A DNA stretch of 64,000 bases from Ascidiella aspersa. Taxonomy: Eukaryota. The stretch spans positions 27,094,001-27,158,000 of the forward strand of contig OZ004607.1 in assembly GCA_963924565.1 (NCBI GenBank), in the 5' to 3' direction. Each line of letters begins with the position of its first letter. Positions within the stretch are counted from its first letter, which is position 1. The translations under genes were made by a program, and so were the position numbers. Positions 29,001 to 44,000 of the stretch are shown one piece after another. Under the pieces are notes generated by a model. It had not been told where the DNA came from. It did not search any database and saw only the letters and a list, made by a program, of their open reading frames with translations.

Positions 29001-32000
29001 ACTTGATTAAATGTTACCCGATGGAAGTGCTCAAACCAGGGGTGTCCAACATGAGGCACGCGTGCCAAATGTGACACGCGACCTAATAAAAAATCGCACG
29101 CAAGCCCCCAAAAATACAGTCAATTATCAAAAAAGCTAAATTTGTTATACAGCCAATTGTCATTGTTTATTCACAATACAAAACAATCCCAGCAATTACG
29201 ACAACAAACAATTACTTCTGATATTATAACACTATACTGTTTTTATTTTTTGTATAAAAGCGCTTGTAATATTAAAAAAAATAGTTGTTAAACTTTGGCA
29301 CGGGAAGAAAGTATAAGATAAAAATTGGCGCGTCGGCATGTTTGAGTTGGGCAACCCTGGTTTAAACAATCGATTGGCTAATCCACTAAACTAACCACAT
29401 TGCTCCTCGTCGCTTCCGTCGCCGCAGTCGTCTGTTCCGTCACAGTGGTTGTGCAGGCTGATGCATTGCCCGTTCATGCATCGAAACTCTTCGGATGTGC
29501 AGGGGTGTGCTGGGGAAAGAAAGGCACTGTTTGCGGTCCAGGAAAACAACAATTACCCTATTCGTAGTCGATAGCAGTGGACTACCAGTTAAAAAGTTTA
29601 AAATCTTTGGAATAAAAGGGGGGAGGGTAAGATGAGAAACGCAAATGTAACTATGGCATTCAAAATATGTCTCTTTTAACAAGTTGTGTTTTGCAGCAAC
29701 ATTCTATATGCATTACTGTAACATTTGCGCACTACAGCGGTGTTTAAGCAGATAATTTTTTTTATTAGGTCATATGTGTTCATTGTGGTTAAAATGTAAA
29801 ACAATTTAATCACGCCAATCATACTTTTCTGCTGATTTTCTATTTCTGTTTGTTAAACGTCGTTCAACTAGAGTGTCGCGTTTGTTATTTCGATTCTTAA
29901 TCAGAGTAGGTGACGCACCAAATACACACGTCATGCGCCAAAAACTAGACATAAAATTCCAGCTCCAGTATCTTGTCGAGAAGTTGCCACGAGGTCAAAA
30001 CAAGTACTCGATATTGGTTTGGGGTTCAGAGTGCTACACTTTGTAGCTGCCGTGGGAAATTGGAGTAAAGTCAAGTAATAGACTTTACGAAACTCTGATA
30101 GTCCAATGTTCGAGACGAGAACAGTCAATTATAGGTGTGTGGTCAAGTTGACAAAAAGAAGGAAGCGATAAAAAAATGCTATTACCCATTGAGGTCTGTT
30201 TAGAGTAGATTGAAGAACTACGTCAATTAGTTTATAATAGTTTACGCAAAGATGGGTTTCTGAGGAGAGTGTCGGGGGGGGGGATACCGGTTCTCTGTCT
30301 GAAATTTCGAGAAGAACAATTTACCAGACGCCAACGTTAAGTCGGTATCAACGGCGCATTTTTCACCTTGCCAAATGCTAGAAACCCCGAGTTGATTGTG
30401 TGGCAATTGCGCGCGTCCCATAGCACTAAGTGCACGATGGCTTCACCTTCGCCGCACGCAATCGAAAGCCGAAGCCTGCGCTTACGTCACAGCGTCGGAA
30501 GGCGACTCGGGCAGTGACGTCACGCAGTCAAAGTGCGGACTTCAAGTGCGCACGCAATAGGGTGATTACCTTAACGCGCCCAGGATTAAGTGATTGGGGC
30601 CCTGGGTTTTTTTGGACTCCCGATCTCGCCCTTGGCTATACGAACAATAAGTGTCGACTTTGGCGAAATGATAGTCTGTATCAATTAGCCTGTCTGGCGA
30701 GTAACATAGAAACGTTTTAAAAGAAGGTGCTGTTAATTCCGATGCCTGGCCATTGCTTTAAACTGAAAGTGCTAATATATTTAACAGTCAGGGATGTGTG
30801 GTTTGCAAACATAACTTCAGGCCACAAAAATAATTGATTATAATAATAGCGTAACTAAATAAGTTTTTAACGAACCAATAAACTTTTATGTTATCGAAAA
30901 ATAAAAGTAACTGTGTATAGTAAACAGATATTTAAATAGGCGTTAACATTTAAATGGCCAAAATACTAATTTTAAATTGGCTTCTTAGATAACGCATCAC
31001 AAACCAATAACCCTTTATATTATCGAAAATAAATATAACTGTGTATAGTTAACAGTTATATAAATATACATGTTAACAGTTAATTGGCCTAAATAACATT
31101 TTTTTATTTCTTAGGTAACGTAGCATGTTTACTTTTGCAGTTATTTACAGCTTTAGCGGATTGTTTTCTGGGGATATGTGCATCGCGCAGCAAAAACAAC
31201 TTTTACTTGCAAAAAAACGGTGCAACCTCAAAAGGTCAATCTTATGCTACTAAATACGTTATCGCTCCAAATATAGCCATGACGACTGTTTTGCGCGCCT
31301 ATAGCAGCGGCAGAGGCAGTTGCAAGGAAACACGAGGCAACATTTTCAGCTTGGAATGCAAGCCACACCTTTAGTTCGGCTCGAGTTGAAATGACGTGTC
31401 GGTTAAGAAACATTTGCCAGGTAAACGAAAATGAATTTTGTAACGTTCAGGGACTTTAATGTGCAACCACAGAACGGCTTGATTTCGGATAACTTGAGTC
31501 GATACATAGTCCAAACAAAAGTTTGGAACAAAACTTATCTCTGTAAAGCCATTTTCTACAACAATAAACACTTTTGGAAGCAACAGGTTTATGAAAATTG
31601 CCTTCGTAAAACCGTTCTTGAAATGTCTAACTACGTCAACCAATGACCCATTTACTGGGTAAACTTAACCCCATTGACCCAAAGTCGACCTTCGTTAAAC
31701 TCAACCCCAAGTCCATCCTTTTGCAAACAAAGTGACGTTGTAAGATAGATGAGTGATGGACCTACGGCAGAAACCATCCAACAAAAAGTATTTTTTTCTC
31801 AGAAATTGTGTTCGAATTAAGCTGCATGAATTAGAAAACGATCGCTTATACATGCCAACTTTACTAAAATCATGCATTTTCGACCCCATTGCATACTTTG
31901 GTCAATGTGGTCCAGTTCACTGCTGGGTGTGTTCGATATTGTCGGATGCCAAATGTTTGTATCGGTGCTCGTCCGATACTACGGTGGTTATCTATTTCGA

Positions 32001-35000
32001 TACAGATAAATACAAGCTCTATAGCAGGGGTTCTTGAACGTTTTTTACCGCGGACCCCTAAATTTTTTTTTTGGCTTTGCATGGACCCCGGTAGACAAGA
32101 AATGCTCCAAAATGACGTCATAAATTGACGTCACAATATAAATGGACTTCATGACTCTGTTATTTCGGTCCGAAAAATGTGAAAGTTAAATGGAGTCTAA
32201 CTATACATTCAGTACAAAACCGTTTAATTTTTAATTAAAGTGTTTTCTTTTAAAAATTAATAACTTCAAGTATACACTAGTTCTTTAATTAGGCCTTCAT
32301 GGACCCCCTAAAACTAGTTCACGGACCCCCAAGGGGTCCATGGACCCCAGTTTAAGAACCCTTGCTCTATAGGCATGAATTGCGATCCAAAAGTGCTTTC
32401 TATTTTGATAGTTAAATAGTTTAAAAAGGCGTATGTTAACAGTCAAAATTATCTCAGTTATTTAACGCTTAAGGAAATTCACCTAACAAAAAAACGTTTG
32501 ATTTTACCCATTTAACATAACCACATAGTCATTGCACACGACCGTTTAGCCCAAATCTAGTAACAGAAAAAAGTACTAGGCTTCGTATCTAGCATTCCCT
32601 AATCATTAACAGGGGACGTTGCGTTTTGTGTGCACCTTTTTATATGCACATTGGCAAACTGTGCTAACGCCAGAGCCAAAGCCAGAGCCAGAGAGTAAGA
32701 CTTGATTTGGAGGGAAAGAAGAGTCAAAGCAAAAGTTAGAGAAAGAGTCGAAGGAAGGTCGAGTTGGAGAAAGAGTTGGAGCAAGATTTTGGAGTTTTAT
32801 AAAATGGTGAAAGAAGAATTAAAAAACGAGTTTCAATAAGAGTTGTAGGAAGAATTGAAACAATTGGAAGAGAGGGGTTGAAAAAGAGGCGTCAAATTAT
32901 ACCCACACACATAACCTACTTTAAAATGTGCGCCCATTTTCACGTGCACAATTTTGCGCACATTATGCAAAAAATGCTCGCATTCCTGTCTCCTAATTAT
33001 TGAGCAAATTGAATCCCTGTCTTAAACAAAGATCCCAGAACAAAAAACTCACTGCAGTTGCTCTCGTCAGAGCCGTTCTCGCAATCCGGCTCCCCGTCGC
33101 ACACGTAATGCTGCGGAATGCATGAGTCGAGACCAACGTCGCCGACAAAGCCGGTGTCGGCGTCGGTACACTCAAACTCTTCAGGTTTGCATGGGATCAC
33201 CACGATTGTCTCGTTGGCGGGAATTCGATCTGAAGACGAAATTTCAGTTTACAATTTTTTCACCTGACTAGCAGCATGCTTTTTTTTTGATATTTTTAGG
33301 CAGCGCAGGTTTCTGCTTTTATACCAAAGACGGTCGTTACCTTTTTCGAAAATGAACATATAAACGAAGGGCTGTCTTTCTTAGACGCCTTACGGTATAC
33401 AAAAGCAGGATATACTTTCTTCAGTTTAATTAATTAATATTGTGGGTTTAAATTAAGCAATTATTATCAGCAGTCCACTGAGCGGACCCCGATCCTAAAT
33501 TAGGGTATGAAGAAGTTTAATACTTGCAAACATCTAGCGACTATCAAGAAAAGGTGGATAAGACTTTCTTTACCAGTTGCATCGTCCGGGTAACAATTTT
33601 CCTCGTCTGATCCGTCACTGCAATCAAAATCCTCGTCGCATCTCCACTCCTTCTCGATGCACTTTCCGTCCGGGCATCTGAACTCACTCGCTTTGCATTC
33701 TTCAGGCTTATCTGCAAGACAAAACGGTGAATACTTTAAACTAATAGCATTATACCCAGTGTTTAATAGGCCCGTTATACATGTATGAAAGTAGCGCATT
33801 CAATATAAATGTCACTCGGCAACTCAGCTTATGACGATAAAGGCAGTAAATTCGTACACGATAACAGACAACATACATTCCGGAAAATCATTAACATGAA
33901 TCTACTGCCGTTAAGCGTATAAAACGTCTTAACAGGAATTGTCATTGGACAAAATGGAAGAGGAAATCAGAAAACGTGGATAGCATACATTTGACAGAAA
34001 ATCGATCTTGGCATCGCGATGTGTTCATTGTTAGGAATAAATGTCCGGCAATATCGAATCAAAATCGATACTATGGTTTGTATAAAGGTCGGTCAATTTT
34101 GTTTTGTAACCATGCTGATCCTATATAATATTAAGTCACCATTACATTTTCGACGATGAAAATTACCTTGGTAGATAAGTATACAAAAGAAAACAACAAA
34201 CTTGAATAGATCGTGAAAAGGGGTGAAATCATAAAGATATTTTTGTCCAATTTATAAAGTTTCTTTGCTCCCACTTCAACGTGTACTTACTGTAACACGC
34301 TTAAGATCCGTTAAACAATATATTGCGCTAGAAAACCTGTTCCCTGGATGCCGTATCAAGACTTTTCAGAATGGCTTTACGCAAACCAGTTTCTTCACAA
34401 CATGGTCGCAAACACGGGGATATATACCGGTGGTGCCATCCGGAGTACTCCTCGGCTGTCCGCGACAGACACGGCCCGGTCGAACCGCTAGTAGCTGTCA
34501 GGCGCCATGACTGCGATCAAACGTGGCCACCGCAAACTTTCGCGCATCGATAATCCCCTCGAGAGGGCGACAAACACTTCAGATCGCGACGGTGAGTGTG
34601 ACGTCACTATGTTTCAACAAAGTGACACCTGTCGGCAGCCAACCAGACGTCCCTCCAAGTAGAAGGCAAGGAACATGGCATGGCGACGACATTCTTGGGG
34701 TTTTGAAGCCTCTTGAGTGCAACCCGCTGGTTGCACAGCAGTATAAACAAACCGGCGCAAAGGGTTCACCGTTCTTGTATTGTTTACCGAGCTGGTTCTG
34801 CGATGCAGCTCCAGGTGCCGACAAGGGGAAAACGCAATAAAAACAACTATCCTGTTTATGTAAGAACGTCTACCTACGGGCTTGAAAATATGATGAACAA
34901 TGCTGTTTATGCAAGGAACGTAAACACTAAAAGCGGCAGGTTCCAAAACTACTTTTGATATTAAATATTTAACAACACTCGAGAAATGTGTATGTAAACA

Positions 35001-38000
35001 TGCTATATGACCAACTTATTACGAGTGGATTTGTCAATGATATTAAATTAGATATCTTATTTTATATATAGAAGAGCAAATAAACATGATAAACAACTTC
35101 AGGCGAAAAAACGTATCCTCATAAAATCCTTTTAAAACTGAGAAAATTTAGTTTTGTATTTTTATTTTTAGAAATCAGCAACCAAAATATTGTTGAAACG
35201 GAAAGCCTTTTAAGAACAGCAGTAAACCATGGTAACGGTAAACAACGGTAGAACATGTTAAGTTACAACCGAAATTGGTAGTAACAACAATACTTTATCC
35301 ACACTCAAATCCTATTATTCACATTTCATAAAAAACGGTAGCGCGACACAAAGACCAGAGAAAACACACTGGGGTTCGCAGCAACAAAGGCCTACAGCGC
35401 TGACAGATGGGCGCTTTTTTGTGTGTCACAAACTGTGTGTGTTCCAGATATGCTGAGTAACGCAGAACCGGGCCATGACGAAGCGCATCTGTTTAAATAC
35501 AGCTTGGAACCACAAAAAAGGGAACTTCGGCGGACATTAACTCAACTAGGCTGAACAGGACACCATAGAAATTGACTGAACAGTATAATGGTAAAATGTT
35601 ATGGCATGATGCTGTGAGATGTCGCCCTATAACAATTCACCATTTAATATACTGGATGTATATTATTAGAATTACATCCTATTAGTCGTTTAAGAACAGT
35701 CGGCACTCCACAAACGAGATACCTATCTCTTCATCTACTCGTAAGTAACTCACGGCAATCGCTCTCGTCGCTCTTGTCGCCACAGTCGCTGTCGCCGTCG
35801 CACCACCATCGCTTAAGGATGCAATCGCCGTTCTTGCATTTTCGTTCCGTAGCGTCGCACTCTCGAACATCTAGAAAGCATAAATATGTCAGATTTTTAA
35901 TCAACCGAAATATTAGATAAAAAGTCCTTTACTTTACGCTAAGCGAAGTTTACACTAAGTTACCGAAAGAGCGGAAATCATGAGTATACTTACTAATCAA
36001 GCAGCATAAACGATATAAACGCACTTTAAAAAAACAGCAAATCAATATACTACAACACGCATAATAATATATAAATGCCAGAGGTCTACGTTCATAATTG
36101 ATAAACAATATTTATAATATTGGTGTAATAATAAAATTTAGGAAAAACCTAACGTATGACAAAAAATATTTATAATGTTGGTGTAGTAATAAAATTCAGC
36201 AAAAATTTAGCGTATATATAACTCATATAAAAATTGTCGCTAATGACTGCTTAAACACAAATAGTAGGCTACACAATACAGCACAGTAGACAACAAACAC
36301 GGAATGTCAATGAAAATATAAATGTCTTGTAACTCCTTAGTCCTTATCCACTGTTTGGTTAAGTAACAAACCCAGTACGTCTCAACGGTATTAATCGAGA
36401 ATCATGTTTTAAAACAATGCGATATGACAAGAGCGTAGCCAAATTCGGCAGATGCGCAAACATAAGACAGCTCCTGAGCGCCAGAAATACGCTTATTCTC
36501 GGCGTGTTACTCATTGACAAACAGCGTCCGTCCTTACCCGAAAACCTAACCGATACTGAATTTTCGCCCCTAGCAATCTTTGTTTAACTCTATACACATG
36601 CACTCGGGGTGTCGCAATAGGCTACATGAGTCACGGTATGTGTTGTAAGGCGACCGTATTTGGGCCTAGCACAAGCAGTTAACGAAATCGTCGCTTAACG
36701 GATTTCGTTTGTTTTTCTAAAATCCCATATGCTTAAGATAAGGCCCGCCTTGTTTTACTGTACGCTGTATCGCACTGATTGTGCTCAAGTAGGAAACAAG
36801 TTCATAAGATCCTTCGTTTAATTAAATGAAACCGCTGCACTCACCACAGGACGTTGGTTCGTCGCTCTCATCGCCGCAATCGTTGTCGCCGTCGCATTTC
36901 CAATCCTGCCTAATGCATTTGCCGTTGGAGCATTGAAACAAGTCTGGTGCACAAGTGGGGCGAACTGAAAAAATATGAACAATATTTTCCAAGAAGCCGT
37001 AAACTCAATTATATATTTTGGTCAAAAGTATTTTAAGGAACAAAGTTGTCGCTAACGTCCCGAGTGCTTCCTTCTCTCTCAAAAAAGTCTTAACGAAATA
37101 GATAACCGCTTTAGAATGGCTAAAATGCGGGTCGCGCGCTCATATATCCCAGGACATAGCACGCCAGACGGATGTCGGCGGTTTGCAGGGCAATACATAC
37201 GGGCAGTCCACCGGGTCACATTGGCGCACACACGGCAAGCTTAAACATGCTGCGCAGAAGATACGCTCAATTAAACGACAACAGATTCGAAATGATCAAA
37301 TGCAGGCGCAGGTCTAAGCTGCGTATCCCGTGGGAGCCCGACTTAAAAGGCAGGGCTGCCGACCGGTCCTTGCAATGGCAGCCGGTCGTGACTGCCGGTT
37401 GCGTATGCCGGCGATTGAATAATGCGAGATCGAAACGCAATCAGTGTCACAATCGCAGGGGCCTGATAGGGTAAGAGCGTGTTCGGATCTCGGCTTTAAG
37501 CCCTACCACTGGGCAACGCGACACGCCGCCAAGCTATCTTATGCGGTAGAAAGCACGACAGTCACCCGACACCCCGGTAGCGATGCAACAGGAGATAAGC
37601 CCGCGCGGTCCGGATGCTGGGAAAAACAACATATCTTTGGGGGCGGGTCATATAGTCGGTCTTACTCCGAGCAAAGCGGGTTGTTTTCCTGAAGCGTTGT
37701 TGGACGCCGTTCAAGGCTGTCACGGTTATCGGTTGGAAATTACATTAGCGACATCTTATCTCAAATTAAAGCCAAAGGTCAATTGCCATTGGTGGCCGCG
37801 CAAGTTGAACCCGGGCCGAGTTTATCAGGGCAATCCGCGAACGTCAGCGTTGAGCAAACTTTCGGGCGACATAATCTGGCTTACAGCTGATACCGTTTCT
37901 ATTTTTGGCGCAAACCGAAATGGGACGAGGCAATTTGTGAGCGTTTCGCCTCGCAAGGCTTTTGACTGGCGTGCGCTCGCCCTGGCCGCCGCAACCGGGA

Positions 38001-41000
38001 TGGGATCCCGCCCTTCCATAGATAAGGACAAAAATGCAGGCGAGGGCTAATCTGCCGGCGTTCGGGGCCATATTAGGAAAATTTTATACCCTTTGAGCTC
38101 GGGTTACTGGGAGTTATGCGGGGCTCATTTTCCCGACGTTACACCATGGCACGCGGCACGGGTGCGATGTTAAAGTAGCGACATTTGGGCACGCTCACGC
38201 ACCAGCGAACACAGCAGAAATAAGCGACGGCTCAGCAAACTATCAAGCGGCAATTTTAATTCCAGCCGTGCCATCAGTGCACAAGCAAGGCCCAGGAACC
38301 GCAGCAGCGCGACACAGAATGGCTTACAACCAATCCGTCGCAACACCCCCCTTGCGTGCCAGCAGCGCGACGTCTTACGTCGAGCGTCAAGTCCAAAACA
38401 GGATTTGGGCGCGCATCAAACAGGAGAGCGAAATGACTTTTTGCGACTTGGTCCCGCCTCGCCTCGATTTATGCCTAATGCCCAAGCCAAAACGTGTTTA
38501 GCGATGCGATGTACTTGCCCTCCCTTGCTCACGCTACGCCCCAGATCGTGCGCTATGTAAACTCGCGGCCAGGAATAAGGCCGTGTCCGTGTTTATGACC
38601 CGGCATTACAACCCGTGAAAACAACACGACCCCGACGGGAAGAGCGTGTTGCGTGCGAGGCCCAAGTTGAGTCAAGCGCAAACCGCGCCTCTGAGCCCTT
38701 CCTTCTCTTGAGCTTGTCATTCCAATTTTTCTCCCACGGCTGTCAGCGCATAGTAAGGAATTTGTTGCCGATATATATTTATTTTATATAAATTAGAACT
38801 TCATATTTTTATTGTTAATATAATTCTGTTCTCTGTTAACAATTTATAAAAAAAGCTTCTCAAATAAGGAAACTAACTAAGTCTTGCAGCGCTCACACCC
38901 CCACAAATGTTTCCACGTTTGACATTGCATATGCCCCAAAAAAGTGTATTGTGGGAAAAAATAGGATGACGAATAATTGTTCTGATGTATCTATATACGG
39001 CAACGCAAAATCAGAAAAAATCACAAATACGTCAGGTGATGGTCTATATGGCAGTGCAAGGCGCGGCTCATTTCAGCTCGTAATGTACCTGCCACTTAAG
39101 GGTATTTGCAGCCGGATTTAGGCCGAAACGCAACCACAGTGACCAGTCACACGCAAGCCTCGTCCATCGGCACGCACACTACACACGCCCCTCTTCCTTC
39201 TACACCCATAACCGGCAATTCCAAGTAGGTGCGTGAAAGCAACGACTTGCCCATCTTGTCCACCAGGGTATTGTGGAGCGGGGGCATTTGATTGTCAAAA
39301 AAATAAACGTGAGTTACCGTTATAACCTTTGGTGTTTTGTTAAAAAAATATTTCATGATATTTTTTTAGATTTTTTTAATTGTTTCATATTGGTGGATTG
39401 TGTTTCATGAAATATGAGTTAAACAGTTTTACATCGCTAATTTCCTTTTTTTTTCAGGATAGTTAATAACAAATTGAAATTCTGATTGCTTGTTCACATT
39501 GCAGATGGTACAACGCACTTATTGACTCGCTTGTGTTTTGTATTTGAATCTAAAGAGTCCAACTGAAAGCCTACTTTTAACGGCGACGACCAGTCGAGTG
39601 AACTTCTTTAAGTTATTTTTGCAGTAGTTAAGTTGTTGACGGACCAGACAGTTGTAATTAATTGCCGAACTTACTGGCGATTTAAGAGCTCTGTAGTATT
39701 AAATTACAGCACTGCATAGATTTGCCGCAGAAGTGATGTGATCACAAAATAACACGTCAGGACCGTTGTACTCGCCACGCTGAAATTATTTTACATTGCA
39801 ACAAAACTATTGGCTAATTACGTGGGTTCGGGCGACAGTAGGCTAACAGTCACAAAACAAATCTTGCTAACATACAAAGTGTTTATGTGTCCCGGAGTTT
39901 AAAGAAGTGGCGCCGGAAAGCGTTAGAAAAAATTGTTTGAAAAAAAAGCTACTTACAATATTTCGTTTTGTTAAGAAGAGGAGTGCCTTCATTTAAACCA
40001 GATCACGAATTATATACTAATGGCTATGCCTGTATGACACCTTTATCATATTGTTGCCATATGACCAAGAATGGCAATGAATTCTTAAGACGAAAATATT
40101 CATATTTTTGTTGCTACTTGATGTTTGTTTATATAATTTAGGAAAAACACTCAAAAAAGCGAAAAAGTAATGTTTTAAAACCCGCATCGTGCCAGCTAAT
40201 ATCAATTAATCTAACATCAAGTACAAAGAAAAACGAAAGTGTACGAGGCCATTAAATTGATCAGCAGCACTTACCGCAATCGAGCTCGTCGCTGTGATCG
40301 CCGCAGTCGTTGTCAGTGTCGCAGCGCCAAGCGGCGGGAATACACGAGCAGGTTCCCCGCGTTGCCGAACAGGCGAACGTCTTGTCGTCGCACTTGCACG
40401 GAGCAGACTTTCGCCTACCGCCGCCCCTCGACTGCTGACTGCTCGCCGCTGTGAATTAAAAACAGACTGATTGTTTTTATGTTTCGACGACGGGAGTGGT
40501 GAAAGATTTTCTTTTAATAGTGCCAGTCAGGTAGTTTCTAAATGCGCTGGTTTACGATTTATTAACTGATGTATCAGGATATATCTATTTTGATTGATTT
40601 ATATGCATAGGTAAGTTAAATATTTTGTTTCAGGATGAGATGCTGTTATCTGTACTTCATTAGATTGTTAAACTGGATGTGAATGTACAAAAATGTTCGA
40701 TCAATAGGCATAGCCCAACTTGCTTATTTTTACCGTTCACATTGTTTATATTTTTGCCCGTGCACAACAGCGGTCGCCTAACTGTATACAAAATGGCATG
40801 CGTACGGTAAATACAATTAGATAAAGGGATATCACACAGTAAAATTTCTGGATCTTAAAGTAAACAAAAACAAAATGTTGGTTTAAATTAAATCATAACA
40901 AAGACAAACGTTTACTTCCGGCGACATTAGGTTTAACAATGCGGAAATCGACTACTGCCAGATTTTACCTGGCATTTTCCTTTCAAGAACAACGGTACTA

Positions 41001-44000
41001 CCAGTCAGTTGTAAAGCAAATTAATTTCGTAATCCTCAATTAAGAAAACCGCATGAAAAATTACAAAGAGATCGTGCATTCTTTGATCTAAAATCGAACA
41101 TGATATAAATAGGTAAGGCGAGCGACTTTCATAATGATTCGAAGGCCCCAAAGTGAAACCACAAATCACATGGGACAGCGCAAGGTCCAATTTGGCCAAA
41201 AGCCGGGTGCTTTCGTGTAAGCCCACTTGCGGCCACTAACATCTCTTTTTAAGATGATGTTGAAATTCCAGCAGCCTACTTGAAGCAGTCGGAGCGTCGT
41301 TGTAATAACGTACTTGTAACGTGACTTTGCACTACGACGGACTGCTGAGGGACCAAACATGCGCTGGCCGAACAAAGGAGTGTGATTTACACCTGGGAAA
41401 CACGAACTTTGTTGTTGGCCTATGAACTGTGACGCGCGGCCCGCGCATTCCGTACGATTTCGATTACGAAACGATTTCGTTTTGGGGTGTAGTTCTTTGG
41501 AATGTAGTACTTGACACCAGGCTTTCGAGGGCTTCTGCGGGTAAGAAATATTTTGCCGAACAAAGAAAAAAATGTTGGAGATCTTGCCAGTTGAAAAAGC
41601 AAAATGGGAAAAATTGCCTAAACGCACGAATTCCACACATCTCTCCAAACCGCACATACTAATCAATTCCAAGTAAATAGCAAAGCAAAACGTTTGATAA
41701 TATGCTTACATCAGTTTTTCCATTGGGTACGTAACAGTGATTTAAAGAAATCGTGGCTTTTAAAAAAGTTTTACGTGACGAGGGATATACTATAGGCTTA
41801 CTAAGTGCAGAGTACAAGGTGATGACTTACTGCTACACACCAACAAATCACTGTTATTTAAATGTCATTGACGCAGCAAACTATGAAATATCTTTAGTAT
41901 AACCAATGTTTTTGTTTTGACACCATTTGTTTTGCCCTCGGCGGTCATTATTTTCTGTTTCGTGACTAATGAGTTTTACATTGCCTTGTGCCGTTACTAG
42001 GAAAAAATACACAGTTTTTACTGTTAGCTAAGCCTTTTTTAAAGTAAGATAAGCCTACCATATTTTTCACCGACCAAAAAAGAATTAATGCTATATTTTT
42101 AATGCATTATGTCCATATACAGCAAACGAAACGACAAAAAATACATATAAACTAGGTAAATCTATTTGGCAGAATAGGCCTCATGCTTGCGCCTTAACTT
42201 AGGTCTCATACCAAAAAGTCACATCAAAGAATAATTTTGTTAGAAACATAAGTACGAAGCGCTAAATGCTTTAAAAAGAAGACATTTGGGCATATTTTAG
42301 TGTCCTCGGAGCACCAATAATTTTATTTTAAAAGTGAGGACAAATTCTCATAAACGAAGACTTAAATCATAGCGATGTCATACGACACTGCGAAGTCCAA
42401 TTAGATTGTGCCGCCGTTGCATACCAACCTTATCATGACTAAGAACTGGCAACTGGGGGAAGTATCAAGGTTCAGCATACCTGTTTCGCGTCGCTGCTTG
42501 AAGTATGTTTACTTCGCACTGGGTTTCACGAAGCATTTATTTAAATAAAGGCAGTTGCAAACGAGCGAGTTTGGTCTCCGTGAAATAAGGTTTACCTTCG
42601 AAACATTGCACTTTGCCAAGGGACAGTTAGGGCTTGGGTCTAGGAAAGTGACTCTTAAGAGTATTAACCTTCTGTGGCTTGTGCTATCTGTATCACATAA
42701 CACAAATCAAACTTCATTTGTATCAAAATTAAAACCACAAATTTTAGTTGAACTTGTGAAAAAAAAACATATATGTATACTGAATTCGGGTTTACTAAAA
42801 TGAAAGAGAATGATGTTCAGGATTGCTCTGCTTCAAGAAAACCACCTGGTCTTCATTTAAGGTCGCAAGTTTGCAGTGAGAGTGGCTCCCAAGTAAAAAA
42901 GCCCCCATGGGCAAAACACGGGAGCGCAAGTCGGGTGCAACGTCGACTAACACCTACCCGAACAAGCAGCGAGCTCAAATTGCCCGCCGCACCAGGTCCT
43001 AATGGCCTGAGCGCCGATGAAGACAAAGAAATCGCCGCGCGGCCATCGGCTTTTCGCAACTTCAGCGACTGGTGTATTCGAGCCTAATTGACTTAACTCG
43101 AAATGGGTCGGTAACAATTCAAAAACAGCAAGGCAAAGGCGAGACCAGTGCTAGGCACATCGGCCTTTCGGGGACTTCTTCTGTTGTCCCTAAACAGAGC
43201 GCGCGTGTCGTTAGCGAACTGGTAAGTTGGGTGGGTTTGGGTGTGTTCGCGCTCTCCAGTTTGCATTCTCTGTCTTCGTCGCCAACTAAAACCGCGCTGC
43301 ACGCAATCTTCAAAGCACCGGGAAATGTTGATTGACAGGTAGGGGCGAAAAACTTGTGAGGAAATCGTGTAATGAGGAACAATCGTAGGTGTTGGTGTCA
43401 AGAACAAATCTGGCGGCGCTCTGATGTGGTTTGCAATGCGAGTCGTGCAATTTGGGGGCTTAGAAGTTTCAAGCGATCGTGTCGCTCCTTGGAGCTTCTC
43501 TGTGATGTACGGAACCGTCACGCGAATAAGCCCGATGAGCCTTGACTGGTGTTAGTGTCAAAACTAAGCCACAATAGGTGTGATGTGGGGCACCTTTGTG
43601 GGTAATAATGTACGTCTTGCGATGCCATATATATTTGGCTGTTTCTTTTTAATTGTTCGTTTTAAACGTTTAAGGAAATTTACAAAGATCAATTTGGTTC
43701 AACAAACGACATATCCACCCAAGGTATCGATTTATTAATTCGAACAAAACACGCCGTCGCTACTGGCAATCTCGCCTATCGCCAGCTAACAAAGTAGAGT
43801 CTAGTCGGCGCCGAAAGTCGAGAACTTGACATTGTTTCTAGCCGTTATCTGGCTTTGTCCCGGTCAACTAGGAGCGTATTTGCGCCAGACCCCGATTGAA
43901 ACTCTAATCTCGGTCGTTCGACGGTTGGAGGGTCGATTATGAGCTGTCACTTCCAAACCCACATGCCACCGGACAGAACCGTGAGTTAATTGCAGACGAA

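Noticed and set aside
34428-34560. Extra or alternative first LRP4 exon
   Set aside because: GC-rich with a possible donor, but frames compatible with phase 1 contain stops and no signal peptide or LDL-A motif.
35741-35753. Donor GTGAGT immediately followed by TACTTAC as a second U1-like decoy
   Set aside because: The loop would be 1 nt, there is no further U1 similarity and no TSD; probably chance.
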